A stretch of 33,787 bases of DNA, taken from assembly GCF_004010195.1 (NCBI RefSeq), contig NW_025213507.1, forward strand, positions 1 to 33,787, read 5' to 3'. Within the stretch, counting starts at the first letter, position 1. Each line of letters opens with the position of its first letter. The position numbers and the translations under genes are program-made. Shown piece by piece: positions 11,264-22,061 of the stretch. The stretch is from Chiloscyllium plagiosum (taxonomy: Eukaryota). Under the pieces are notes generated by a model, which saw nothing but the letters and a program-made list of their open reading frames with translations, did no database searches and was not told the origin of the DNA.

Positions 11264-11795
11264 TGATGTGGATGGTGCTGAGCGAGCAGTTTGGATCTGG
11301 GGTAAGGTGCGGGGATGGTAAATGAAGAAGCTGGGGAAGTTCACACTGATGCCCTAGCATTGAGGTGGTCTGAGGCGAAGATGAGGCCTTCTTCCCAGGC
11401 GTCGGATGGAAAGGGAGTAGTGGTGGAGGAGGCCCAGGAACTGCATGTCCTCGGCAGAGTGCGACGGAGAGTTGAAATATTCGGACCCGGCTTGGTCGGG
11501 TTGATTGGTGCCGGTGTCCAGGAAATGTCCCTTCGAGAACTTTGTGAGTAAGCATCCTGTCTACCCAATGCAAAGGAGGCCACATCAGGAGCAACAGATG
11601 CAACACATGACATTTGTGGAAGTGCAGGTGAAACTTTGATGGATGTGGAAGGCACCTGTTGGACCTCGGATGAAGATGAGTGGGGAAATGTGGGCTCAGG
11701 TTTTTCAAGTCCTGCGCTGGCAGTGGAATGTACAAGGAAGGGAGGGTTTGTTGTTGGTGGGCGTGGGCCTGAATAGGCAGTCAAGAAGGGACTCC
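11264..11795 (-). mobile_element. Penelope-like GIY-YIG fragment
   Basis: Reverse complement matches 17370-17900 (GAFHIHQSFTCT..NVMCCICCS-type region; WEEGLIFAS C-terminus). Frameshifted. Confidence 0.9.
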
Positions 11796-11799
11796 AAAC

Positions 11800-12062
11800 C
11801 CTTCCTATTCATATACCCATCCAAATGCATCATAAATGTTACTATTGTACCAGCCTCCACTACTTCCTCTGGCAGCTCATTTCATATACGTACCACCCAC
11901 TGTGTGAAAAAGGTGCCCCTTAGGTCTCTTGTAGATCTTTACACTCGCACCCGAACCAATGCCCTGTAGTTCTAGACTGCCCGAACGCAAGGAAAGGACC
12001 TGTTTTTTTTGCCCTGCCCGTCATAATTATGTAAACCACTAAAGGTCACCCCTCAGCCTCTG
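11800..12062 (-). mobile_element. CR1 LINE 3' end fragment
   Basis: ccagcctccactacttcctctggcagctcatttcat...ctgtgtgaaaaag...aggtcacccctcagcctc is the reverse complement of the CR1 3' end. Confidence 0.85.
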
Positions 12063-12421
12063 CAGATTTAATGATTCTTCCCAGCTTCTATCTTTTCAGC
12101 TCTCTTTCAAAATACGAGATTGTAGTAGTAAGTGTATGTCTTATCATGAAGTTGCGTTTCGCTTTGGATAAGTTGAAATTGATCTCAACATAAATACCAA
12201 TTAATAATTTGACATTTTGTGCCGGTTTTAATTGGGCACAACAATCAGTAACTATCTAACCTCTCCTTCTTTTATGTAAGTCGTGAGAAATCACACAGTT
12301 TCCTTTAACGCTTTATTTCAGAAACTGAAGGACAGCAAAGAATAGTATTAATAACCACGTGACATCATAAAATTACGGAATAAGATAAGAAACGCATGGT
12401 TTTCATTCAGTTGTGTTGCAG

Positions 12422-12699
12422 GAGGCTATTTGGTCCTCTTTGTGTAAGTGGCGTCTCTGTGATGTAATCATACCAGTTCATTCTCTGCAATTAAAACATT
12501 AAAGATGGAAATTTTTTATCGCTCAATTTTTTTTTGTGAGATCATTGCTTGCAGATGTTTTCATCACACTAGTGGAGAGAGTCGTCGAATTCATTGCTAC
12601 ACATCGCATCAAGTAATCCTGAAGTATGTATGCTATTGCGAATTTTGCAGTAGTGTAACGTGTATGTTATTGATTGTTGTGCCAAACATACGAACATAG
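12422..12699 (+). pseudogene. Decayed Ig C2-set (+ possible TM) exon, partner of 10699-11068
   Basis: gttgcag| ... tag|gtgtat. Reads VASL*CNHTSSF, (shift) IKDGNFLSLNFFL*DHCLQM, (shift) GESRRIHCYTSHQV, then hydrophobic SVTCMLLIVV. Confidence 0.45.
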
Positions 12700-13149
12700 G
12701 TGTATAATATTTTCAACTCCCGAGCAGCAAAAGTATCTATTTGACAGCGTTATTCATGTTACTTCATTTCTTTACATTTATTTCCAGTTCTGATTCGGTA
12801 CGAACTGATTGATTCCATCTTAAAAAAGCATAAAAATATATTGGAGAATGTATGATCTGAGACGATTGCAATTTGAAGTCTTTTGAGGTAAGGGAAGTCA
12901 GTTTTGATACTAATTATCTGTTAATGTAGAATATACCACAACCCATCCGTCTATAGTGCAATTTTCATGTTTTCGCTTGTAACCGCTTTGTCATGGTCTT
13001 GTGGGTTTTGTCAAACTACGTTTCCTCTGCAGAGAGATTTGCTTCAGAAAATTGAGCTCTTTCGTCAAGCATGAAAGGTCATCCCTGAAAGTATGGCATT
13101 GCCGTAAATGCAGATGAAAGTCATTTCACCCAACAAGTTTCCATCTCCA

Positions 13150-13370
13150 CCCGAGGAGCACGCCACCCTATTCCAGTAAACCAACATTTCGATAGTTAAT
13201 CCACCTGAAACACCATGCTACTGTTTAATTGTGCAAGTCCAGTTCACATAAATTGCACGTCACTGGACTATAGGAGAAAGCAGAACATCCAGAGAACGTA
13301 CAAACTCCACAAACTCTGAGGCGAGAATCAAAACTTGCAGTCGTGCCCATAACTGCACTATTGCAACCTT
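13150..13370 (-). mobile_element. Degraded HE1-like SINE
   Basis: ggactataggagaaagcagaacatccagagaacgtacaaactccacaaac...agaatcaaaac is similar to 26960-27075. Confidence 0.6.
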
Positions 13371-13508
13371 ATGTTTGACACTTTTTCTTTCCAAAATGTA
13401 CACATACTCAATTTATATCTTTTTGATTCAAACGAATTTAATGTCCAAATAACTAACACAAGTATTAACATCGCTCCCTTGATGTACTTTCATGACTGTG
13501 TGTTTCAG

Positions 13509-13870
13509 TTACTATGAAACAACGTGGCATCTTGTGAGCGTGCCAGTTCGTCTCCGTCATTTTTTTCCCATTCATTCAGCAGACGAGGTTGTGGTTGATG
13601 AGGTCATCATTTATGGTCAATCTGTAACTGCCAAGAAGCCAGTTACGAATCAACTACATTTTTGTGGGTCTGGATTCACATGCATGCCAGGGCAGGTAAA
13701 GACAAAAGTATCCCTCTCTCGAGACCATTCCTCACATAGAATTTTATCCTGAATACTGATAATTGATTCATGAATATATAAAAAATTAATTCCAGATTTT
13801 TGAAATAAGTTTTAACTTTCTGCAGGAATTCCAGCTTTGCGTCCCCAGAATGCTGCCTGTGTCTCTGCAT
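13509..13870 (+). pseudogene. Decayed Ig V-set exon
   Basis: Acceptor gtgtttcag|. Contains QLHFCGSGFTCMPGQ, then HIEFYPEY**LIHEYIK..NS./FEISF, matching the RIEF.PEN.SL.L...DSG.(Y/F)E.-type V-domain end. Confidence 0.55.
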
Positions 13871-13954
13871 TAATTATTCAAATATAATACCACCAGGCCA
13901 TCACCTCTCCGTTATCTCGGGTTATTGTTTCCTAATACTTGAGTCTCTTCTCTA

Positions 13955-14270
13955 TACATGACAACACCAACAACTAAAGAGAAACTTGTTCTCAGCTGTT
14001 CCTTTAGCGACATCTTCACCAATCCATTAAAATCTGCTGCAATTATTATTAAAAAATCTTTGTGACACATTTCTGCCAACGTTACCTTTCATACTACAAC
14101 GACAGATCCATTATGACCCAGAAATTATTTCTGCCAACGTTACCTTTCATACTACAACGACAGATCCATTATGACCCAGAAATTATTCGTGATTAATGAT
14201 GTTGTTCAACTTAACACAGTCAATAGATTTTCAAAGAACATTCACGGGCATTTCCACAACTTCTGCTTTT
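13955..14270 (+). pseudogene. Possible further Ig-like remnant
   Basis: TKEKLVLSCSFSD and, after collapsing the 58-bp duplication, RNYS*LMMLFNLTQSID. No convincing splice sites. Confidence 0.25.
14069..14187. repeat. Perfect 58-bp tandem duplication
   Basis: atttctgccaacgttacc...cccagaaatt starts at 14069 and at 14127, with 'att' microhomology at the ends. Confidence 0.97.
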
Positions 14271-14298
14271 TAAAATATCTCGTGCTGCGATCACTTGC

Positions 14299-14574
14299 AC
14301 TGACAGTGTCGAAATGGCAGAGATTCCGCATTATTGGAATAAAATAATAGTTTATAAGTGAGCTTGCATATTATACTGAATGCCATCAAATCGGAATAGG
14401 GTTGCAAAATCGAGATGATATTCAATCTTAAAACTTGGTCATCGGTAATGAGAGGATTTTGTTTATTAAAAGGCCCTTTGCTGGACAGCGATCTATTCTG
14501 ATGAATGCATCGCATTCTCATGTCACTACTTTCTTCATTATCATTAATTGAGTGACATGAACGTGCATGAGTCG
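14299..14574 (-). pseudogene. HEPACAM-like Ig C2 exon with an open reading frame
   Basis: atgttcag| ... agt|gcaagt (GC donor); 276 nt, phase 1-1, no stops. Reads MRCIHQNRSLSS...NPLITDDQVL...DLMAFSIICKL...SNNAESLPFR, which aligns nearly gap-free with my recollection of the HEPACAM C2 pattern (CSHENGTKPS..W.KDGKPLLND...VLM...YSC...SLPV). The core Trp is lost. Confidence 0.6.
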
Positions 14575-14689
14575 CTGAACATGACACATCAAAACACAAG
14601 AAGCAAACAAAACTGCTGCAGAGTAACATTTGACCCTTCAAACCTTCGTGGATCCACATCCACTGTCGAAATCTGTTGCCAATTTTCTA

Positions 14690-16733
14690 AGAGTCTGTGT
14701 CACATCGGTCCCTGACCAGTCATGCATCTATCCAGGTAAGTCTTGAAAGACGCTATCTTGCTCGCCGCTGTCACTTCCACTGGCAACGCATTTTAGGCAT
14801 CCATCACCTTCTGTGTTTCGAAACTTCCATGCATATCTCCCCTAAACATTGCCCCTGACACTTTGAACCCATGACCTCCAGTAATTCAGCTCCCCATTTC
14901 TGAGAAAAATCTTCTTGCTATCCACCTTGTGCATAACTCTCGTTATTGTGTGGACCTCAATCAGTTCCCTCCTCAACCTTTGTCTTCCTAATCAAAATAA
15001 TCCTTATCGACCCAATCTGTCTTCATAGCTGGCGACCTCCATATCAGGCAACTCCGGGAGAACGTCCTCTCTCCAAAGAATCCATATAGTTTTGGTAATT
15101 TGGCAAGGAGAACTGTCTACAATATTACAAATGTGATGGAACCAATGTCTGAAATAACTATAAGGTGACCTGTCAAATTCTTTACTCAGTATCCCGTCTG
15201 ATGAAGGCCTCACAGACCACTCTATTGACCTGTGTTGCCACCTTCAGGGAACAATGGAACAGAACATCCAGATCTCTCCTTACATCAATTTTCTCCAGGA
15301 GATTTCCATTTACTGTATAGTTCGCTCCTGAACAGGATCTGCCAAAATGCATCACCTTGCATTTTCCCGAATTGAACGCTGTCTGCCAATTTCCTTCCCA
15401 ACTGTCCAACCTATCTGCATTCGGCTGTATTCTCCGACGGTTCCCTTCATTATTTGCAGCTTCACCAATCTGCTTCATCTGCAATCTTGCCAGTCAGACT
15501 ATCTATACCTTCCTCCAATTCATGTATGTTTGTAGCACAAACTCCACTAGTCACAGGTCTCCCTTCTGAGAAGCTCCATTCTACTATTGCTCTTTGTTTC
15601 CTGTGGCCCACCCAGTTCTTTTTAGATCGACCTTGTACACCATAGTCACCATTCGACTTCACCTTCTCCAGGAGCCTTTCATGGGAAACGTTTCAAACAC
15701 CTTACAGACGTCCATTCGTATGATATGTACAGCCATTCTCTCATCAAACAACTTTGTCAAATCCTCTATTCTATTAATGTTGTAAGACATAACCTTCCCT
15801 CCACAAAACCATTATGCTTATCACTGATAAGCAAATATTCATCCAGATGGGAGTCGATCCTATCCCTCAATCTTCTCCAGCAACTTTCCGACCGCAGATG
15901 TCAGGCTCACCATTCTATAATTACGTGGATTACCCGTGCTACACTTAATAAACAAGTGGACAGCATTGGCAATTCTCCAGTCCTCCTGGACCTCACCCAT
16001 GTTAAAGGATGCTGCAAAGATATCTGTTGATGCCCCTCTCTCGCTTCCCTCAGCAACGCGGGATAGATGCGATTCGGAGCTGGGGACTTGTCCATCCTAA
16101 TGCCTTTTAAAATATCCAGCACTTTCTCCCTCCATAAGCTGACTTGAAGTAGAGTAATCAAACATCAGTTACCAATCTCAACATCCATTATGTCCCACTC
16201 CTCAGTGATTGCGAATGCAAAGCATTCGTTAAACGTCTCAACCATTTTCTCTGGCTCCACACGTATCTTTCCTTTTTTGTCTTTGATTGGGCTCACCCTT
16301 TCTCTAGTTTTTCTGTTGTTCATTACATATGAATAAAACGTTTTGGGATTTTTCTTAACCCTGTTTGCTGAAGATATCTCTTGCCCACTTTTAGCCCTTT
16401 TAATTCTACGTTTCAGATTTGTCCTGCATTCTCGATATTCTTCCAAAGCTTCGACTGTCTTCAGAATCTGCCTGCCTAGACCTTATGTATGCGTCCTTTT
16501 ACTTGCAGCTGATTTTACACTTTAACCTATCTTCTTTGCTTCCCTAATTTTGATACTTCCATCCCTCATTTTCAAAAGAAAATTCCCTCCTGCACTCCAG
16601 TTAAACACTCTTTAAAAGACTCCCTCATATCAAACGTGGATTTATCTTCAAACACCTGTTCCCAATATACTTGCCCCAGCTCCTGCCGAATTTAGATATA
16701 GTTGACCTTCCCCCAATGTAGCAATCTTCCTTT
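14690..16733 (-). mobile_element. CR1 LINE ORF2 + 3' end, degraded
   Basis: ORF pieces WQTAFNSGKCKVMHFGR, RPVTSGV, GKIADEA, MDKSPAPNRIYPALLREA, NRVKKNPKTFYSY. Confidence 0.95.
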
Positions 16734-16976
16734 NNNNNNNNNNNNNNNNNNNNNNNNNNNNNNNNNNNNNNNNNNNNNNNNNNNNNNNNNNNNNNNNNNN
16801 NNNNNNNNNNNNNNNNNNNNNNNNNNNNNNNNNNNNNNNNNNNNNNNNNNNNNNNNNNNNNNNNNNNNNNNNNNNNNNNNNNNNNNNNNNNNNNNNNNNN
16901 NNNNNNNNNNNNNNNNNNNNNNNNNNNNNNNNNNNNNNNNNNNNNNNNNNNNNNNNNNNNNNNNNNNNNNNNNNNN

Positions 16977-17347
16977 TACTCTGGTTTCCTCCCACAGTCC
17001 AAAGATGTGCAGGTTAGGGTGGATTGACCATGCTAAATTGTCCCATAGTGCCCAGGGATGTGCAGGTTAGGGTGGATTGGCCATGCTAAATTGTCCCATG
17101 GTATCCAGCGATGTGCAGGTTAGGGTGGATTGGCCATGCTAAATTGTCCCATGGTATCCAGCGATGTGCAGGTTAGGGTGGATTGGCCATGCTAAATTGT
17201 CCCATGGTATCCAGCGATGTGCAGGTTAGGGTGGATTGGCCATGCTAAATTGTCCCATGGTATCCAGCGATGTGCAGGTTAGGGTGGATTGGCCATGCTA
17301 AATTGTCCCATGGTATCCAGGGATGTGCAGGTTAGGGTGGATTGGCC
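16977..17347 (+). repeat. HE1 SINE body expanded into a 53-bp minisatellite (about 6.5 copies)
   Basis: After ctggtttcctcccacagtccaaa, the unit gatgtgcaggttagggtggattggccatgctaaattgtcccatggtatccagc starts at 17004, 17057, 17110, 17163, 17216, 17269 and 17322 (partial). Confidence 0.95.
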
Positions 17348-18210
17348 CACCCCTCTCCGCCTTCCGCAAAGACCGTTCCCTCCGTGACTACCTGGTCAGG
17401 TCCACGCCCCCCTACGACCCACCCTCCCATCCTGGCTCTTTCCCCTGCCACCGCAGGAACTGTAAAACCTGCGCCCACATCACCTCCCTCTCCTCTATCC
17501 ATGGCCCCATTGGAGCTTTCCACATCCATCAAAGTTTTACCTGCACATCTACTAATATCATCTATTGTATCCGTTGCTCCCGTTGCGGTCTCCTCTACAT
17601 TGGGGAGACTGGACGTCTCCTAGCAGAGCGCTTTAGGGAACATCTCCGAGACACCCGCACCAATCAACCAAACCGCCCCGTGGCTCAACATTTCAACACC
17701 CCCTCCCACTCTGTCGAGGACATGAGGTCCTGGGCCTCCTCCACCGCCGCTCCCTCACCACCAGACGCATGGAGGAAGAACGCCTCATCTTCCGCCTCGG
17801 AACACTTCAACCCCAGGGCATCAATGTGGATTTCAACAGCTTCTGCATTTCTCCTTCCCCCACCTCATCCTAGTTTTTAACCTCCAGCAACACGATCCCC
17901 TTGACTTGTCCGGACTTGTCCGACCTGCCCAGCTCCTTTTCCACCTATCCACTCCACCATCTCCTCCCTGACCTATCACCTTCATCTCCTCCCCCACTGA
18001 CCTATTGTACTCTATGCTGCTCTATCCCCACCCCAACCCTCCTCTAGCTTATCTCTCCACGCTTCAGGCTCTCTGCCTTTATTCCTGATGAAGGGCTTTT
18101 GCCCGAAACGTCGATTTCGAAGCTTTTCGGATGCTGCCTGAATTGCTGTGCTCTTCCAGCACCACTGATCCAGAATCTGCTTTCCAGCATCTGCAGTCAT
18201 TGTTTTTACC
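17348..18210 (+). mobile_element. Young 5'-truncated Penelope-like element (Cys-rich linker + GIY-YIG + 3' repeat)
   Basis: FPCHRRNCKTC...FTCTSTNIIYCIRCSRCGLLYIGETGRLLAERFREHL, with one frameshift near 17725, a C-rich tail and a hammerhead. The Cys linker is characteristic of Neptune-type PLEs. Confidence 0.95.
18081..18118 (+). ncRNA. Minimal type-I hammerhead ribozyme motif (intact core)
   Basis: CTGATGA-a-GGGC-tttt-GCCC-GAAA-CGTC. Confidence 0.8.
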
Positions 18211-18229
18211 ATGCTATGAGGTAACTGTG

Positions 18230-18700
18230 CTAAACATTGAGCACAATGCCGCTCATACCCTTGAACTTTATCATATTTGATGCAGTTGTGCAAATATTTT
18301 TTGTAAATGTTCAGGCCAACAGTACTTTCCCAGGCAGTTTTTCACCACATGCTGAGTGAAAACGCTTCTTTTACCCAAATTCCTTCGCAATCTTTGGGCC
18401 GTTGCCGAAGCTTATGCTGTCTCATGTCTGATTCCTCATTCTAGCAGAATGGCTGCATTATATTCGCTGTGTCCAAACGCCTTACGAACATATGCAGCTC
18501 AATCATGTACATGCCTCTGTCATCTCCGAACAATGGAAACCTTTCCAAATCTATCTCGTCTCCACTAACAACTCAATTTCTCCATTCCAGGTAACATCCT
18601 GGTGGACCATCTCTGTATGTTCTCCAAGATCAGTTATTAATTTCCCAGTCGCACTTCGATGTCCAGCAATACATGAATTGGTAGATTAAAGAGAGTTTAT
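18230..18700 (-). mobile_element. Old CR1 3' fragment
   Basis: ttcccaggcag...gagtgaaaacgcttc...ccaggtaacatcctggtggaccatctctg resembles the reverse complement of the CR1 3' end. Confidence 0.6.
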
Positions 18701-18714
18701 AGGTCACTGCGGAT

Positions 18715-21700
18715 TATATCAGCAATAAATGCTGTTGGTTGTGAATCCTATCAGATCTAATGGACCGGTTGAAGAGACAGTTAGAGGCAATGAGGAATTT
18801 GCAACAACAACAGTATGTGATAGATGACAGTTATATGACGTGGAGAAACGTCACAGATAAAGTCACATAGATGGATTAACTCCAGGAAAGTTAAGGCAGT
18901 TAGGCAGTTGTTGCAGAAATCTTCTGTGGCTGTCCCCATTTCATGCAAGTTCTGATTTGGAAAATGTACGGTATGATCGATTCACAAGGGAACGTAGCAC
19001 GAATACCCAGGTTTCTGGTATTGAGACTGTCTCTAACGCAACGAGGGGCACGTCGGGTCCCAAGAGATCAATTGTTTTCGGGGATTCTCTAGTCCGAGAT
19101 CCAGACAGACATTTCTGTTGCCAGCAGCATAAAATCAGAATGGTGTGTGGAATGTCTGAGACCAGGATCAAGGATGTCTCAGAGAGGTTACAGAACGTTC
19201 TCAAAGGGGAGAATGGTCAGCAAGACGTCATTGTCCACAGTGTAACCAAAGAAATAGGATGGGAAAAGGTTGAGATTCTGACGGGAGATTACAGAGAGTT
19301 AGGCAGAAGGTTTAGAAGGAGCATCTCGAGAGTAGAAATATCTGGTTTCCTCCGGTGCCACGGACTCGTGAGGGCAGGAATAGACTGATAGAGCAGGTGA
19401 ATTCCTAACTGAGGAGTTGATGTATGGGAGAAGGATTCACGCTTTTGCATCATTGGAATCTCTTTTGGGGAGGATGTGACCTCGAAAAGTGAGTGTTCTA
19501 AATTGGAGAAAGGGTAATTTTGCCGGTATTAGCAAGAACTTTCAAAAGCTGATTGGGGCAGATGTCGCTGATAAAGGGCCGGTTGGAAACTGGGAAGCCT
19601 TCAGAAATGAGATAACGAGAATCCAGCGACTGTATATCCCTCTTCGGGTGAAAGGAAAGACTGCAAGATATACGTAATGCTCGATGACTAAAGAAGTTGA
19701 GGATTTGGCAAAGTAAAAGACGGGAGCATACGTCAGATATAGACAGGAGAGATCGAGTTACCCTCAGAAGAGTATGAAGGCAGCAGGAGTATACTTCAGA
19801 GGGAAATCAGGCTGGCAACATTTACACATGAGTTTGCTTCGGCAAATAGAATTCAGAAGAATCCAAAGGAGTTTTACCAATTCATTCAGAGCAAATGCAT
19901 AACTAGGGAGAGTATAGGGTCCCTACAAATCAGCAAGACGGTCTTTGTGTGCAGCCGCTGAAAATGGGATAGATACGAATGAGTATTTTGCAAAAAAAAA
20001 CGTTTACTGTGGTAAAGGATATGGAAGATATAGAATTTCGGGAAATAGATGGTGACACCTTGAAAAAAATATCCATATTATAGTGGAGGATATGCTGGAT
20101 GTCTTGAAACACATGAAGATGGATAGGTTCCCAGGACCTGATCAGGTATACCTTTGAATTCTGTGGGAAGCTGGAGAAGTGATGACTGGGCGTCTTGTTG
20201 AGATATTTGTGTCATCAATACTCACAGATGAGGTGCAGGAAGACTGGAAGTTGTCTAACGTGGTGCCAACGTTTAAGAAGGGTGGTGAAGAGAAGCGGGG
20301 AATCTAAAGGTCAGTGAGCCTGACGTCGGTGGTGGGCAAGTTGTTGGAGGAAATCCTGAGGGACAGGATATACATGTATTAGGAAAGGCGATAACTGATT
20401 AGGGACAGTCAACATGGCTTTGTGCGTGGGAAATCATGTCTCACAAAATTCATTGAGTTTTTAGAAGAAGTTACAAAGAAGAGTGATGATGGCAGAACAG
20501 TAGATGTGATGTATGTGGACTTCAGTGAGGCATTCATTTAGGTTCCCCATGGGAAACTGGTTAGCATTGTTAGATTTCACGGAAAACAGGGAGAACTAGC
20601 CATTTGGATACAGAACTGGCTCAAGAGAAGAAGATGGAGGGTGTTGATGGAGGGTTGCTTTTCCAACTGGAGGCCTGTGACCAGTGGAGTGCCACAGGAA
20701 AGATACCTGTATTCCTCCAATCTTCCCAGCGTTCTGCCTTTCATTAAATTCCACAAAATCTTTATTTCGTTAACAACCTATAAAACCATTTGCGATTGGC
20801 CTGCCAACCTGATCAACACTTCTAAGCTATGCTTCGTACTTTCGCAGATGACACCAAAATACGTGGTGTTGTTTATAGTGAAGTCGTTTATCTCTGATTA
20901 CAGCGGTACCTCGAGTCAGATTTGCCATTGGGTGGAGGAGTGGAAATATGGAGCGTATCTTAATTAAATGTAGTTAATGCTTATGGATAGTCAAATCACC
21001 CAGATATATACACTACCAGATCAAGGGATTTGCCCGATTCCCCTGCTCTTCGGATGCTGCCTGACGTGATGTGCTTTTCCATCATCACACTCTCGACTCA
21101 GATCTTCAGCATCTTCAGTCCACAGTTTTCTCTGTACACTTAATGGGAGGGACTGGGATGCGTTAATCTAAAAAGAGACCTTGAATTGCAGGTTCATAGT
21201 TCTTTGAAAGTGCAGTCGGAGGTTGACAGAATAGTGCAGAAAGGTGAATTGCGTCCCTGCTTTTATTTGGCAAGGCATTCAGTTGAAGATTGGGAGGTTG
21301 CATGTGTGCAAGACATTGGTTAGGCCACATTAAAATAGTGTGTGCGATTCTGATATCTTTGCTATCGAAAGGAAACCGTTGAACATGACATTTCGGAAAG
21401 GATTGCTTGGAATGCTGAATTTCGAGGCATCAAGCTCGCTGAAGCACAACAAGATGACAGGTGACCTTATAGAGATTTATAAAGTCATGAGGATCATGGG
21501 AAGGGTGAGTACCTCAGGTCTTCTTCCACTGTGGGAGTGTACAAAACCTGACAGTATACGTCTAGTGTGAGAGGAGAAAGAACTAAACGGAAAAGAAGTA
21601 ATGTTTTCACCGAAATTGTGTTGCACGTACAGAATGAACTGCCTGGAAAAGTACTGCACGTAGCTACAATGCCATTATCTGAAAATCACCTGGATGATTT

Positions 21701-21800
21701 TCATGAGTAGGAAACGCTAACGGAGATACGGCCAAATTTTGGCAAATGGGAGGAGATCAGTTTAGGGCATCTACTCGGCATAGCCATGTTGAGCCATTGA
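18715..21800 (+). mobile_element. CR1 LINE with ORF1 (SGNH/GDSL esterase) and ORF2 RT, internally deleted
   Basis: ORF1: SIVFGDSLVRDPDRHFC...RIKDVSERLQNVLKG...VIVHSVTKEIG. Jumps at about 19488 to VLNWRKGNF. RT motifs QHGFVRGKSCLTK, WRPVTSGVPQ and FADDTK are present, followed by the 3' end. Confidence 0.95.
21015..21132 (+). mobile_element. Short Penelope-end insert inside CR1
   Basis: ccagatcaagggatttgcccgattcccctgctcttcggatgctgcctgac..., flanked by tatacact / tgtacact (imperfect TSD). Confidence 0.75.
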
Positions 21801-21815
21801 TGCGTGTCATGCTAT

Positions 21816-21981
21816 TTAATTACTACGACTCTTTGATGGATTGATACTCATGCTCTCTCCTTCTGGTAATCTTAGTGGATTTATTAATTTGAACTTATAA
21901 CACACCAGATAAATTCGAACATCAGAGTGAAATCCACTTGGTAGATTCATTTTTAAAAATTTTTTGTTCATCGTTTTATGC
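21816..21981 (+). pseudogene. Possible 3' part of an Ig V exon
   Basis: YSCSLLLVILV...QSEIHLVDS, donor tgc|gtgggt, and an 80-nt intron to 22062. Confidence 0.3.
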
Positions 21982-22061
21982 GTGGGTTGCTGCTGAAACA
22001 TATTATCCAAATGCCGCGAATGCACTGTTCATTACAAAAAAAAACCGAGATTCTTTTGTAG

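Noticed and set aside
17004..17347. CRISPR-like array or telomeric repeat
   Set aside because: The units are contiguous with no unique spacers, have only one TTAGGG each, and match the HE1 SINE body.
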